A stretch of 64,000 nt of DNA from Biomphalaria glabrata (GCF_947242115.1 NC_074716.1:24048637-24112636); one strand, 5' to 3'; counted from the first letter of the stretch, positions 24,533 through 38,084 are shown. Made by a program: numbers and translations. The notes: generated by a model not told the origin, from the letters alone.

Positions 24533-27500
24533 ACCTTACCTCATATGGGTGCTGTGACATTTCTTTTCTCACCTTACCTCATATGAGTGCTGTGAGAGTT
24601 ATCGTCTCACCTTACATCATATGGGTGGTGTGACATTTCTTTTCTCACCTTACCTCATATGAGTGCTGTGAGAGTTATCGTCTCACCTTACCTCATATGA
24701 GTGCTGTGACAGTTCTTTTCTCACCTTACCTCATATGAGTGCTGTGACAGTTCTCGTCTCACCTTACCTCATATGGGTGCTGTGACAGTTCTCATCTCAC
24801 CTTACCTCATATGAGTGCTGTGACAGTTCTCGTCTCACCTTACCTCATATGGGTGCTGTGACAGTTCTCGTCTCACCTTACCTCATATGGGTGCTGTGAC
24901 AGTTCTCGTCTCACCTTACCTCATATGGGTGCTGTGACAGTTCTCGTCTCACCTTACCTCATATGAGTGCTGTGACAGTTCTCGTCTCACCTTACCTCAT
25001 ATGGGTGCTGTGACAGTTCTTTTCTCACCTTACCTCATATGAGTGCTGTGACAGTTCTCGTCTCACCTTACCTCATATGGGTGCTGTGACAGTTCTCGTC
25101 TCACCTTACCTCATATGGGTGCTGTGACAGTTCTCGTCTCACCTTACCTCATATGGGTGCTGTGACAGTTCTCGTCTCACCTTACCTCATATGGGTGCTG
25201 TGACAGTTCTCGTCTCACCTTACCTCATATGAGTGCTGTGACAGTTCATTTCTCACCTTACCTCATATGGGTGCTGTGACAGTTCTCGTCTCACCTTACC
25301 TCATATGGGTGCTGTGACAGTTCTCGTCTCACCTTACCTCATATGGGTGCTGTGACAGTTCTCGTCTCACCTTACCTCATATGGGTGCTGTGACAGTTCT
25401 TTTCTCACCTTACATCATATGAGTGCTGTGACAGTTCCTCATCTCACCTTACCTCATATGGGTGCTGTGACAGTTCTCGTCTCACCTTACCTCATATGAG
25501 TGCTGTGACAATTCTTTTCTCACCTTACCTCATATGGGTGCTGTGACAGTTCTCGTCTCATCTTACCTCATATGGGTGCTGTGACAGTTCCTCATCTCAC
25601 CTTACCTCATATGGGTGCTGTGACAGTTCCTCATCTCACCTTACCTCCTATGGGTGCTGTGACAGTTCCTCATCTCACCTTACCTCATATGGGTGCTGTG
25701 ACAGTTCCTCATCTCACCTTACCTCATATGGGTGCTGTGACAGTTCCTCATCTCACCTTACCTCATATGAGTGCTGTGACAGTTCTCGTCTCACCTTACC
25801 TCATATGGGTGCTGTGACAGTTCCTCATCTCACCTTACCTCATATGGGTGCTGTGACAGTTCCTCATCTCACCTTACCTCATATGGGTGCTGTGACAGTT
25901 CCTCATCTCACCTTACCTCATATGGGTGCTGTGACAGTTCTCGTCTCACCTTACCTCATATGGGTGCTGTGACAGTTCTTTTCTCACTTTACCTCATATG
26001 GGTGCTGTGACAGTTCCTCATCTCACCTTACCTCATATGGGTGCTGTGACAGTTCCTCATCTCACCTTACCTCATATGGGTGCTGTGACAGTTCTCGTCT
26101 CACCTTACCTCATATGAGTGCTGTGACAGTTCCTCATCTCACCTTACCTCATATGGGTGCTGTGACAGTTCTCGTCTCACCTTACCTCATATGGGTGCTG
26201 TGACAGTTCCTCATCTCACCTTACCTCATATGGGTGCTGTGACAGTTCTCGTCTCACCTTACCTCATATGGGTGCTGTGACAGTTCTTTTCTCACCTTAC
26301 CTCATATTAGTGCTGTGACAGTTCCTCATCTCACCTTACCTCATATGGGTGCTGTGACAGTTCTCGTCTCACCTTACCTCATATGAGTGCTGTGACAGTT
26401 CATTTCTCACCTTACCTCATATGGGTGCTGTGACAGTTCTCGTCTCACCTTACCTCATATGGGTGCTGTGACAGTTCTCGTCTCACCTTACCTCATATGG
26501 GTGCTGTGACAGTTCTCGTCTCACCTTACCTCATATGGGTGCTGTGACAGTTCTTTTCTCACCTTACATCATATGAGTGCTGTGACAGTTCCTCATCTCA
26601 CCTTACCTCATATGGGTGCTGTGACAGTTCTCGTCTCACCTTACCTCATATGAGTGCTGTGACAATTCTTTTCTCACCTTACCTCATATGGGTGCTGTGA
26701 CAGTTCTCGTCTCATCTTACCTCATATGGGTGCTGTGACAGTTCCTCATCTCACCTTACCTCATATGGGTGCTGTGACAGTTCTCGTCTCACCTTACCTC
26801 ATATGGGTGCTGTGACAGTTCCTCATCTCACCTTACCTCATATGGGTGCTGTGACAGTTCCTCATCTCACCTTACCTCATATGGGTGCTGTGACAGTTCC
26901 TCATCTCACCTTACCTCATATGAGTGCTGTGACAGTTCTCGTCTCACCTTACCTCATATGGGTGCTGTGACAGTTCCTCATCTCACCTTACCTCATATGG
27001 GTGCTGTGACAGTTCCTCATCTCACCTTACCTCATATGGGTGCTGTGACAGTTCCTCATCTCACCTTACCTCATATGGGTGCTGTGACAGTTCTCGTCTC
27101 ACCTTACCTCATATGGGTGCTGTGACAGTTCTTTTCTCACTTTACCTCATATGGGTGCTGTGACAGTTCCTCATCTCACCTTACCTCATATGGGTGCTGT
27201 GACAGTTCCTCATCTCACCTTACCTCATATGGGTGCTGTGACAGTTCTCGTCTCACCTTACCTCATATGGGTGCTGTGACAGTTCCTCATCTCACCTTAC
27301 CTCATATGTGTGCTGTGACAGTTCTCGTCTCACCTTACCTCATATGGGTGCTGTGACAGTTCCTCATCTCACCTTACCTCATATGGGTGCTGTGACAGTT
27401 CCTCATCTCACCTTACCTCATATGGGTGCTGTGACAGTTCTCGTCTCACCTTACCTCATATGAGTGCTGTGACAGTTCTTTTCTCACCTTACCTCATATG

Positions 27501-28940
27501 GGTGCTGTGACAGTTCTCGTCTCACCTTACCTCATATGGGTGCTGTGACAGTTCTCGTCTCACCTTACATCATATGGGTGCTGTGACAGTTCTCGTCTCA
27601 CCTTACCTCATATGGGTGCTGTGACAGTTCTCGTCTCACCTTACCTCATATGGGTGCTGTGACAGTTCTTTTCTCACCTTACCTCATATGAGTGCTGTGA
27701 CAGTTCTCGTCTCACCTTACCTCATATGGGTGCTGTGACAGTTCTCGTCTCACCTTACCTCATATGGGTGCTGTGACAGTTCTAGTCTCACCTTACCTCA
27801 TATGGGTGCTGTGACAGTTCTCGTCTCACCTTACCTCATATGGGTGCTGTGACAGTTCTTTTCTCACCTTACCTCATATGAGTGCTGTGACAGTTCTCGT
27901 CTCACCTTACCTCAAATGGGTGCTGTGACAGTTCCTCATCTCACCTTACCTCATATGGGTGCTGTGACAGTTCTCGTCTCACCTTACCTCATATGGGTGC
28001 TGTGACAGTTCCTCATCTCACCTTACCTCATATGGGTGCTGTGACAGTTCCTCATCTCACCTTACCTCATATGGGTGCTGTGACAGTTCCTCATCTCACC
28101 TTACCTCATATGAGTGCTGTGACAGTTCTCGTCTCACCTTACCTCATATGGGTGCTGTGACAGTTCCTCATCTCACCTTACCTCATATGGGTGCTGTGAC
28201 AGTTCCTCATCTCACCTTACCTCATATGGGTGCTGTGACAGTTCCTCATCTCACCTTACCTCATATGGGTGCTGTGACAGTTCTCGTCTCACCTTACCTC
28301 ATATGGGTGCTGTGACAGTTCTTTTCTCACTTTACCTCATATGGGTGCTGTGACAGTTCCTCATCTCACCTTACCTCATATGGGTGCTGTGACAGTTCCT
28401 CATCTCACCTTACCTCATATGGGTGCTGTGACAGTTCTCGTCTCACCTTACCTCATATGGGTGCTGTGACAGTTCCTCATCTCACCTTACCTCATATGGG
28501 TGCTGTGACAGTTCTCGTCTCACCTTACCTCATATGGGTGCTGTGACAGTTCCTCATCTCACCTTACCTCATATGGGTGCTGTGACAGTTCCTCATCTCA
28601 CCTTACCTCATATGGGTGCTGTGACAGTTCTCGTCTCACCTTACCTCATATGGGTGCTGTGACAGTTCCTCATCTCACCTTACCTCATATGGGTGCTGTG
28701 ACAGTTCTCGTCTCACCTTACCTCATATGAGTGCTGTGACAGTTCTCGTCTCACCTTACCTCATATGGGTGCTGTGACAGTTCTCGTCTCACCTTACCTC
28801 ATATGAGTGCTGTGACAGTTCCTCATCTCACCTTACCTCATATGGGTGCTGTGACAGTTCTCGTCTCACCTTACCTCATATGGGTGCTGTGACAGTTCTC
28901 GTCTCACCTTACCTCATATGGGTGCTGTGACAGTTCTCGT
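24533..28940. repeat. Giant minisatellite, 38-bp unit (caccttacctcatatgggtgctgtgacagttctcgtct) x ~116, with three sub-variants (ttctcgtc / tcctcatc / ttcttttc)
   Basis: Direct reading. Interspersion of the variants suggests higher-order structure. Confidence 0.97.
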
Positions 28941-29189
28941 CAACAAATATATTCACTTTCTCCGGTTAGCAGCTGTTCTTAACAGAATATCAAGAGAGAA
29001 GCCGGTCCATTCCTTTACGTCATCTAGCCAGCTTTTGTTTAGGACTCTTTCCTCGTGCTCCCGCCACTGTACGTTGAAGGATGACTGTCGACACTGTGAG
29101 TCATGTCTTGCAATAGGACTGAACCAGCAAAAAAAATAAATGTTACTTGGTTTTAAAATTGTATAGTTTATCCATATTTCCGTTTTAAG

Positions 29190-29452
29190 TACACCGATAT
29201 TCTATACACTAATATTCTATACATCGATATTATGTACAACGATATTCTGTACACCAATAGTCTGTACACCGATATTCTATACATCGATATTCTGTGCATC
29301 GATATTTTTTACATCGATATTCTGTACACCGGTATTATATACATCGATATTCTATACATCGATATTCTATATACCGATATTCTATACACCGATATTCTAT
29401 ACACCGATATTCTATACACCGATATTCTATACACCGATATTCTATACACCGA
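29190..29452. repeat. Minisatellite, 15-bp unit (tacaccgatattcta) x ~17
   Basis: Direct reading. Confidence 0.9.
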
Positions 29453-32400
29453 GTACATTAAAAAGCTTACTATTAATCGATATGCCTTTAGTTTCCAAGG
29501 TAGCAACTCTTCTAAAGTAGACTGCTCATGACGTGAATGCCCCTATTACAACATTTGTTTTTAGTGTTTTTGTTTCATGCTGGAAATTCTGAAAACATTC
29601 TAAAACTCAACATTTGTTTTATTAGTCCAACTTTCTTTTGACAATTATGTTTTGACGGATACAACTAGTTATTGTACGGTGTTTAAAAAGTATAAAAGAC
29701 CATGTCCAGATGATTGTACTATGGTAACAGAAACTACATAATAGCAATTCCAGTTTATTGTACGGTGTTAATAGATGTCATTGTGACCAACAGGACTCAG
29801 CGTAAGTTTTGGAATACTGCTTTTAGTGGAGCACGCCCTCTGCAGCTCTCGTTCCCCCCACCTGACTTTATGGAAGCTAGTTGTCCCCAATGGAAGCTAG
29901 TTGTCCCCCCAATGTCATCTTATTGGTTCATTCAAAGCAAACTTTCAAGGTGATATTGAGAATGCATGTTTTTAAAATGATTTTATTCTAGCTTAAATTG
30001 CATCTCGATGTGTCTTATTGGAGCAGGGAAGTTATCTTTCATTTGGGCGAAAATCGTCTGAAATCGTATGAAATTATTTTATTCCAACTTTTACTTCAAT
30101 TTATTTCCAAGTAGTTTTTTTTTAAACATTATTTCGAATTAGGAATCAGGCTTGCACTAGAATACACACACAAACCTATAGTTGGAAACCTTTGCACGAA
30201 GTACAACTACAATAATGAGTCATGAGATGTGTGGAACAAAGACCATAGGGTAATGGACTCTCTGGAAACAGCATAGTGAATGTAAATAGAGACTGATAAC
30301 TGCTCCCCACCCCCTTCCGCCCCACCCCCTCTTCAAATGAAACAGTTTGATGTATGCCTAATTAGAATAACGTTCTCTGTTATTTTATCACCAACCATTT
30401 TCTTAAACTGGTTTTGAAGGGTTATGTTCCTTTAAAATGAAAAGCGTTCTAAGCAAACAAACTCACTGTTGTCGCCCCTGCAAGTACGTTTTGTTTGCCT
30501 AGTTTGCCGTAGTGCACAATCAGCGTTGTGCTCCATGACCGGCAGCAGGTTTATGAAGTCACTTATTGAAACGTGTGAATAGACCTTCAGCACACAGAAT
30601 GTGTCTAGAGTGTCAGTGGTGTCCGTTAAGTCAAATATAGTCCATCTAATAGGGTAAGAGTTGTGTGCCCGTGATTCCAACACCAAGTTGTTTGTAGCAA
30701 TGTGTTATATAGGATCTAACGTCAACCTACTAGGTAGATCTATTTACAAACATTGACAGACGTTCAAGCATAGCTCAATTCATTAGACATCTTCACTCGT
30801 GTGTGTTACAGAATAAAAAAAAGATTATGGGAAATAGTAGACACTAGACATAATGTATATTGTATAGCTTTCGCTATTCTCATTATTTGGTTATTAACTA
30901 TCGAAACATTCAATACAATGGAAAGTAATAGAAATCAATAACTCTGTACATTTCTTAGGTTTCGGCTATCTTCCGTTAAAGTCTCCTTCCTTTCAAGACT
31001 CATCTATTATAAACGGATCTTACCTTCATGCCATCATTGATCTGTCTGGCGAGGGACGCTGTGACTGTACCACAAGAATGCAGCTATCAAAGCAAGGAGA
31101 GATTTATTGATTCTATAGGTGAGTACAAAAAAACACATTTTTCTTAGAACTATTTGTTTACTTGAGGAGATAACCACTATAGTGGGTTCCTAGCTAATAT
31201 TTGTCTCCTTGTGGACATAATATTGTATGACACTATCGAATATTATATAAATATAATATGAAAAAAGTAAGTGGTTAAAAGCCTTTAGTATATTTTTTAA
31301 ACAAGTTACTCATAAAAAATAGTAATTATCATCATCATTCGACTGGCGAAGGGATTTCCGGGAGTACGCTGGTTTGTGAAAATACGCTTAGCCTAGATGA
31401 CCTAAATGACCTATATTATCTTATAAATCGCAGACGTTCCTTCAAAAAACAATATATATATATATATATATATGTCTTTATCTAGACATGCATGTTGATT
31501 AGAGACTTCAACTCTGCTAGGTCTTTCGAATTCCAAGATGATTTAGGCAAGCCATTCCAACCTCTAACATGTGGGATAATTCAGTCGGTCTCCCTCTTCA
31601 ACGTGTCTGTAAAGCGACTTATTTTGAGGGGAAAAGAGTAAAAAGATCCCCTTTCAGACTTGGACAAGGCAGAAGATGTCAAGGTCATCTGTTTAGTATA
31701 GTATTCTAATCCACAGATCAAACCTAGAATATGACTTTTTTTATGCTATTCATTAAGCGTTTTGATCATGGCATTGGACTCTAGACCTCTTTTCTTTTTG
31801 TGGCCTCATTTATTTGCATTTTTTTAGGGGGGGGGGAGGATAGGTTTAATCTTTATTAAAAGTTAATTTAAATTTTGAAACAGTTGTCATATATTAAAAG
31901 ATTCTATCAACCAATACTAAAGCAGAAATTGTGTGAATAGACAATCATGTAGTCAACACACAAAATGTGTCTAGAGAGTCAGTAGAATCTTTTAAGTCGC
32001 ATGTATTAAATCTAGAGAGGAGATTAAGGTAAGAGTTGTGGTCTCGTTATTCTAACACTAAGTTGTTTGTTGCAGTACATTATTAGGACAACATCCTAAA
32101 CACCATCCCGAACCAAACTCACCAACCACTAGCCAGATCCACTCCTGTTAAACCTAAATCTACTAAAATTAATACAACAGCCTCACTAAACAAACCTACT
32201 AAAGAAGTAATACCAAAATACCTTAAAACCTTAGTTATAAATTTTCAAAGCATTAGGAACAAAACAGCAGACTTAGAAATTTTATTAGAATGTGAGAAAC
32301 CAGACATAATTGCTGGAACAGAAACTTGGCTACATCCTGAAATTTATAATGCAGAAATTTTCAATAGTAATTATGAAATTTTTAGAAAAGATAGGGCTGA

Positions 32401-32566
32401 TAATCATGGATGAGTTCTTTTAGCAATAAAAAACACGCTTATAGCAGAAGAAATTACCTTACCTAACTCAAAAAATGTAGAATCAACATTTTGTAAAATT
32501 AATACCACCTCAACATCCCTAATAATAGGCAGCATTTACAGACCACCAAATTCTAGTTTAGAATAC

Positions 32567-33091
32567 ATGCAGGAACTATGTAATCAGATTACTACACTTA
32601 AAGAGACAAATAAAAATGCAGTTTTTTGGATTATGGGTGATTTCAACCTACCTGATATAAATTGGAAAACACTAACCATAGATAAACACCAAAACCTTAA
32701 GGACATAAATGAGCTTTTCATAGAAACTTTACACAACCTAAGTTTAGATCAAATCATTAAAAAGCCAACTAGATTAAACAACACATTAGATCTCTTCTTA
32801 ACCAACAGACCTGGATTAGTAGTTGATTATGAAATTATCCCTGGTCTATCAGACCATGAGATCATAAAAATACACAGTCAGATAAAAGCAGTAGCCAATA
32901 CAAAACCCAAAAGAAAAATCTTATTCTGGAATAAATGTAACCTGACACAACTACACCAAGCTGCACTAAACTTTCAACAAACATTCTTATTAGAAAAAGA
33001 CATTAACCAACCAGTCGATGACCTCTGGAATTTCATTAAAAACCATCTTAAAAGCATTATAGAAAATCATATACCAACTAAATACACATGA
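32567..33091 (+). CDS. LINE endonuclease (APE-like) domain segment of the retrotransposon ORF
   Basis: AVFWIMGDFNLPDINWKT...LSDHEII, typical of the APE nuclease of non-LTR elements. Confidence 0.75.
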   Translation: MQELCNQITTLKETNKNAVFWIMGDFNLPDINWKTLTIDKHQNLKDINELFIETLHNLSLDQIIKKPTRLNNTLDLFLTNRPGLVVDYEIIPGLSDHEIIKIHSQIKAVANTKPKRKILFWNKCNLTQLHQAALNFQQTFLLEKDINQPVDDLWNFIKNHLKSIIENHIPTKYT

Positions 33092-33322
33092 AACAAAATA
33101 AATAAATGCTGGATTAATAATAGACTAAAGAAGCTTTGTAAACAGAAGGTAAACCTATATAAAAAATTTAAAGAAACTAATGCAGAAAGAGTTTACAAAA
33201 AGTATATAAAAATTAAACACTTAACCCAAAAAGTAAGCAGACAGCTGCAGAGTGAATACATAAACAATGTAATATCTAAAGATAACAACAAAAACCTATG
33301 GTCATACACCAAGTCTAAGACA

Positions 33323-34993
33323 ATGGAAACAACAGGCATAGCGCCATTAAAAGATGAACATAACATAACACATAATGATAATGAAACTAAAGCAAACATC
33401 CTAAACAAATACTTTGCATCAGCATTCTCAGCCCCAGGAGACAAAGACATATTACTGAATTTGAACCAAGTAAACAACATAGAAGATATAGTAGTACAAG
33501 AAAATGGAATTCAAAAACTATTAGCCAACACCAAACCAAATAAAGCTTCTGGACCTGATGGTATTCCAGCTAGATTACTCAAAGAACTAAGCAATGAGCT
33601 AGCCCCAGTGTTCAAAATACTCTTTCAGGCTTCACTTAACCAGGGCAGAGTACCAAAGGACTGGAAAGAAGCTAATGTCACCCCCCTATTTAAAAAAGGA
33701 GAAAAATCTGACCCAGGAAACTACAGACCAGTATCACTTACCAGCATCACATGTAAAATCCTAGAACACATAATATGTAGCAACATCATAAACCACTTAG
33801 ACAAACATAATGTCCTCACACCATACCAACATGGCTTTAGGAAATATAGATCATGTGAAACACAACTAATAGGACTAATTGATGATTTTTCAAAAGGTTT
33901 AGATAATAGTGAACAAATAGATGCTATCTTACTAGATTTTTCTAAGGCTTTTGACAAAGTTCACCACCATAGTTTGCTTAAAAAATTAAAATATTTCGGC
34001 ATTAATGGTCCACTGCATCAGTGGATTAAAGATTTTCTGATAGGGAGAGAACAAACTGTAATAATAAATGGCTCTAAATCAACACCGATAACAGTAAACT
34101 CAGGTGTACCTCAAGGAACAGTCTTGGGTCCACTACTATTTTTAATTTACATAAATGATTTACCAAATTGCATTAGTTCAGGAACAAAAGTCAGATTATT
34201 TGCAGACGATTGCATAATATATAGAACAATAAAAACAACACAAGACACAGATATTTTACAAAGAGAATTAGATGAATTACAGAAATGGGAATCAAATTGG
34301 AGCATGTCTTTCCACCCAGAAAAATGTCAGTTGTTAAGAGTAACAAAAAAACTAAAACAAATTAATTCCACTTATCTTATTCATGGCAAACCAGTAACAC
34401 AGACTAAAAACGCAAAATACCTAGGTGTTATAATAAATGAAAAACTATCATGGAATCCACATATTGATGAAACTACAAAAAAATCAAACAAAGCATTAGG
34501 ATTTATTAAAAGAAATTTCTATAAATCAAATAAGAACATAAAACTAAAATGTTATTTAACCTTGGTTAGGCCAATAATAGAATATGCATCCTCCGTTTGG
34601 GACCCCTCAACTCAAGAAAACATTAAGAAACTGGAACAGACACAAAATAGAGCAGTGAGATTCATAACAAACGAATATTCACATTTGACTAGAGTAACAC
34701 CTTTAGTAAAATCACTAAATTTAGAAAGCCTTCAGGACAGAAGGCTCAAAAGTAAAGTAGCAATCATACATAAAACACTGAACCATAATCTTCAAATACA
34801 AAAACAAAATTTAATAAAATACTCTGAAAGACACAAAGATAAAGGCACATTCCTCGTCCCATATGCTAGGACAAATTTGTACAAATACTCCTTCTTCCCT
34901 AGTGCTATTAGAGCATGGAATGGGTTGCCTGAGCTAGCAAGGAAAACCAGTGACTTGGCAGAATTTAAGTCATTGGTTAATATGCATGACTAA
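33323..34993 (+). CDS. LINE reverse transcriptase domain (556-aa intact ORF segment)
   Basis: Conserved RT blocks including the FADD variant of YXDD and the CR1/RTE-type C-terminal region. Confidence 0.85.
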   Translation: METTGIAPLKDEHNITHNDNETKANILNKYFASAFSAPGDKDILLNLNQVNNIEDIVVQENGIQKLLANTKPNKASGPDGIPARLLKELSNELAPVFKILFQASLNQGRVPKDWKEANVTPLFKKGEKSDPGNYRPVSLTSITCKILEHIICSNIINHLDKHNVLTPYQHGFRKYRSCETQLIGLIDDFSKGLDNSEQIDAILLDFSKAFDKVHHHSLLKKLKYFGINGPLHQWIKDFLIGREQTVIINGSKSTPITVNSGVPQGTVLGPLLFLIYINDLPNCISSGTKVRLFADDCIIYRTIKTTQDTDILQRELDELQKWESNWSMSFHPEKCQLLRVTKKLKQINSTYLIHGKPVTQTKNAKYLGVIINEKLSWNPHIDETTKKSNKALGFIKRNFYKSNKNIKLKCYLTLVRPIIEYASSVWDPSTQENIKKLEQTQNRAVRFITNEYSHLTRVTPLVKSLNLESLQDRRLKSKVAIIHKTLNHNLQIQKQNLIKYSERHKDKGTFLVPYARTNLYKYSFFPSAIRAWNGLPELARKTSDLAEFKSLVNMHD

Positions 34994-35320
34994 ATGCATG
35001 ACGCGTAGGACGTAACCATCTTCTTTTTTGAAGTAACGTCTGTATTATATAAGATAAGATAAGAAGACAATATAAATGTACTATTACACGGCCCTCTTAA
35101 TATGCAAACAATTTATAGAGCATTTAACACACAATAATTAATCATACATCGGCTAATTTAATTTTTTTTTCTTCCAAAAATGCTAAAATTTACAAATCTG
35201 ATTGGTCAAGTTTTCTTTTCAAAGCAAATGACTAACTATTCCCAGTTTCGAAAGCTTAGAATAGTTAATATTTTCTTACTATGCAGGGTAATAGTTTATT
35301 TTAGCTGTTGAATTATTACA

Positions 35321-35850
35321 ATGTGCTCAATCATCAATGTCTACTGTCCCATACCAAAAACAAAGGAAATGGTCATAACACGGTTTCTTTACGCCTTACT
35401 TGCTCATACGGAATATGATCCCCAGCTAGCGGTCAACGAGTTGGCGTACGCTGCCGCTTCTTTTGGTTTAACTATAAACCTCGGAAAAACGAAAGTCATG
35501 TTCAAGAAGTGACCCAATAAAATCTACTCAGCCCCGAAAATGACCGTGAATAGATAGCTTTTTAACGTGGTACACAAGTTCACAAATCTGGGAGGCATAG
35601 TATGACGCATTGCTTTTAAGGGAGGTTGATAAGCGTCTGATCAGAGCCAGTAGTATTTTGGACGCCTCCAAGCAAGAGTGTGGCGAAATAAATCACCCGC
35701 CTGCCTACAAAAAATCAGTGTCTACCAAGCAGTGGTTCTCTCAATTCTTCTATCGGATCTGAGACATGGGTACTTTATACTGAATATACTAATTGCAATA
35801 TTGAATGTCTGAACGTAACCATTTGAGAAGTTAGACTGCAAAGACTTTCT
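35321..35850 (+). mobile_element. L2/CR1-like LINE fragment (RT C-terminal part, degenerate)
   Basis: LYALLAHTEYDPQLAVNELAYAAASFGLTINLGKTKVMF, then ..VYQAVVLSILLSDL.. with stops. Confidence 0.6.
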
Positions 35851-36354
35851 TCTTAGCCACTAATAGTCCAATAACTTTACGCAGAAGATGTAAGACCACA
35901 CGACGTGAGCTCTGGTTTGTCTGCACTTTTGGAGGACCAAAGAGACTTTCTATTGAATCGCATTGCACAATTACATTGAGAACTAACAGAACACAAAGCT
36001 TTTCTAATTGGTAGTCTTGACCCGATCGTTCATTTTCCTAATTGCACAAATATTTCCAAAATGACTATCCTTCCTTATGAAATGATTCAACCGAGCAAGG
36101 CTCAGTCACCTGGTACTTTAGAATATAAGATAGTAGCCTACACAAATAAAATTTTAAAAAATGTATATTCCATTTCTTTTAATTAATTTTGTTAATTATA
36201 CTTTTTGCGATTTTTGTACATGGTTTATATTAACATACACTGTCAGTCTGGTACAGGTTGTGAACACGTGATTTCTTTCTCTTCCCATTCTTGGAGGATC
36301 AAGTTGAAACGTTGCACAATTATTTATTGTTCCGGACAAAACATAAAGAAATTT

Positions 36355-37040
36355 AAACAAACAAGATTACAAAGACAGTTTGTGTGGAAACACAAACTCG
36401 AAATCGGGCCACGAAGTGGTCCACCCAGGCAGGTAAAAAGGCAAAATATTTTCAGAAAGAACATCAGAATAAAATTCTATTAAAGACAAATGACAGATAA
36501 GAATGGAGAAAGAAGGTTGACAGATCTTGTGTTGTGCCCCAGCGGTCCAGCAGACCAAAGGATAGGTGAAGGTAACTGATAAGTTAAATGTGAACATTGC
36601 CTAACTGATGTCTTATAATGAATAATTGTTTTGTAAAGGGTCTATCTCTTATTCAAATCCTCAAAAAAAAAAAAAAATTCCGTAAAAAAATGTCCTTTAG
36701 TTGTGTGTCCTATGGCTATAGAGTTGCACGTGCAGTTCACGCGATAATATGAAAACCTACCTATTAATTGTTGTCCAACTTATATGCAGACTAAATAGAT
36801 TTTTTTTTTCTTAAAAAAAGTTTTTTTCGGGTAAATGTAGTAGTTAGTTTGACAGAACTTAAATAACAGAACTTACATAACGTAGCAATGCAAATGTAAA
36901 AAAAAAAAAATTTTGAACAAAAAGTCTAAAACCATTTGCATAAATGTGTTACTATTAATAGTGAATAATTGTAAAAGTGGTGTATTTTTATGAAAAAACT
37001 GCTTGTATAAGTGATTAAAAAATTAGATTTTTCGCTTTTA
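36355..37040 (+). repeat. Left arm of a ~700-bp inverted repeat pair. Interspersed repeat family, third copy at 45380-46110
   Basis: Reverse complement of 38990-39725 aligns over most of its length (e.g. caagattacaaagacagtttgtgtggaaacacaaactc / gagtttgtgtttccacacaaactgtctttgtaacc). Confidence 0.7.
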
Positions 37041-37493
37041 GAAAAGAAAAAAGTAGCCGTTGCATCAGAACTTTGAATGGACTAAAATATTATGATGTCG
37101 GATTTTCACTGTCTTTTCTAGTTTACGAGATCTATAAGGGACAGACAGACGGACAGACAGGCCACACCAAACTAATTGCGTCTTTTCTCCTTTCGGGAGC
37201 CGCTAAAAATAACAAATTAGTTAATTAGTGATACTTAATTTTGTAATGATATCGAAAATGGAAGATAAATCTTTCAGCATTGAGATTTATAGCTGTAAAT
37301 ATGCAGCTCTTTCCCTTTTATGGCCTTTGTTTTTTTTTGTTTTTTTTAAAGTATTTTTATAGATTCTTTTCAGATATGAATTGAAATTTCTCCCTGGAGG
37401 ATTGACTACATTTGCATGTGATCAGTTCTGTCTGGATAGATAGTTTCTTTTGTTTAGAAACACAGAGGTCTGTCTCATTAATCGGTCACCAAA

Positions 37494-37739
37494 ATGTCCA
37501 CTGTATTTGAGAACATTAGTTACACGTCTCTGGATAAGATGAAGCTCTGCAGGCCAGGTGATACACCGGAAGATATAATCAAGCTATACAATGCACCTGC
37601 CAATGAAGATAGAGTGAAGGTGTACAATGCCTCAACTCCTGCAGACAGGTACAGGTGTCCAGTCTCTACCCCTGTGCTTGGTGGTCAACGCAGAGGCTAC
37701 TCAGGTCTACCTGGACCAAGGCAAATATTTCTTACACAG
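37494..37739 (+). CDS. Possible first coding exon (MSTVFENISYTSLDKMKLCRPGDTPEDIIKLYNAPANEDRVKVYNASTPADRYRCPVSTPVLGGQRRGYSGLPGPRQIFLTQ, donor gtaaag). Unassigned
   Basis: ATG in reasonable context. ORF ends exactly at a strong GT donor. The phase does not fit the downstream exon at 39799, so linkage is unproven. Confidence 0.2.
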
Positions 37740-38084
37740 GTAAAGTATGCCAATTAAATTTGTAAGATACTATTCAAAATTATTTGAAACTTGTTTTGAA
37801 GTGTGTATATAGGATATTTGGACTAATGTATTACTAAGGTTAGCATAAAATTAGATTCTATTTTTAGGGAATGAATGAATAGTTGAGTTTTAAACTGTAC
37901 GTGTGAGTTTTACACAAGAGGAAAGGATGACGTAAAGGTGGGGAGGGGGAACGTGTGGAAACTGAATGGATTGGAGTGTGTTCAAAGTAAGGATGGAGAA
38001 TCCTATCACATCATGTATATGAAATTATGTTTTTGTTATTGATACACTGACATATACTGCGTGTTCTATTAGAAGGCTCCTTGA

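Larger units (their letters stand above)
32087..35075 (+). mobile_element. Non-LTR retrotransposon, RTE/CR1-like. A single ~2.9-kb ORF encodes an APE-type endonuclease plus reverse transcriptase. The ORF is interrupted by two in-frame TGA codons. The 3-prime tail is (ATAAGATA)n
   Basis: EN motifs (GDFNLPDINW). RT motifs (ILLDFSKAFDKVHH, RLFADDCIIY, YLGVIINEKLSWNPHI). All segments are in the same frame (codon starts at 2 mod 3) with stops only at 32411-32413 and 33089-33091. No initiator Met upstream, so probably 5-prime truncated. Confidence 0.85.

Noticed and set aside
24533-28940. Regularly spaced 38-bp repeats that superficially resemble a CRISPR array
   Set aside because: There are no unique spacers, since the units are contiguous. 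The context is eukaryotic, with introns, LINEs and SINEs. It is a minisatellite.
32411-33091. Two in-frame TGA codons in the LINE ORF as possible recoding (Sec or Trp) or an alternative genetic code
   Set aside because: Other genes in the window use TGA as stop. Both sites are CpG-compatible (CGA to TGA) point mutations. The simplest reading is a recently inactivated copy.
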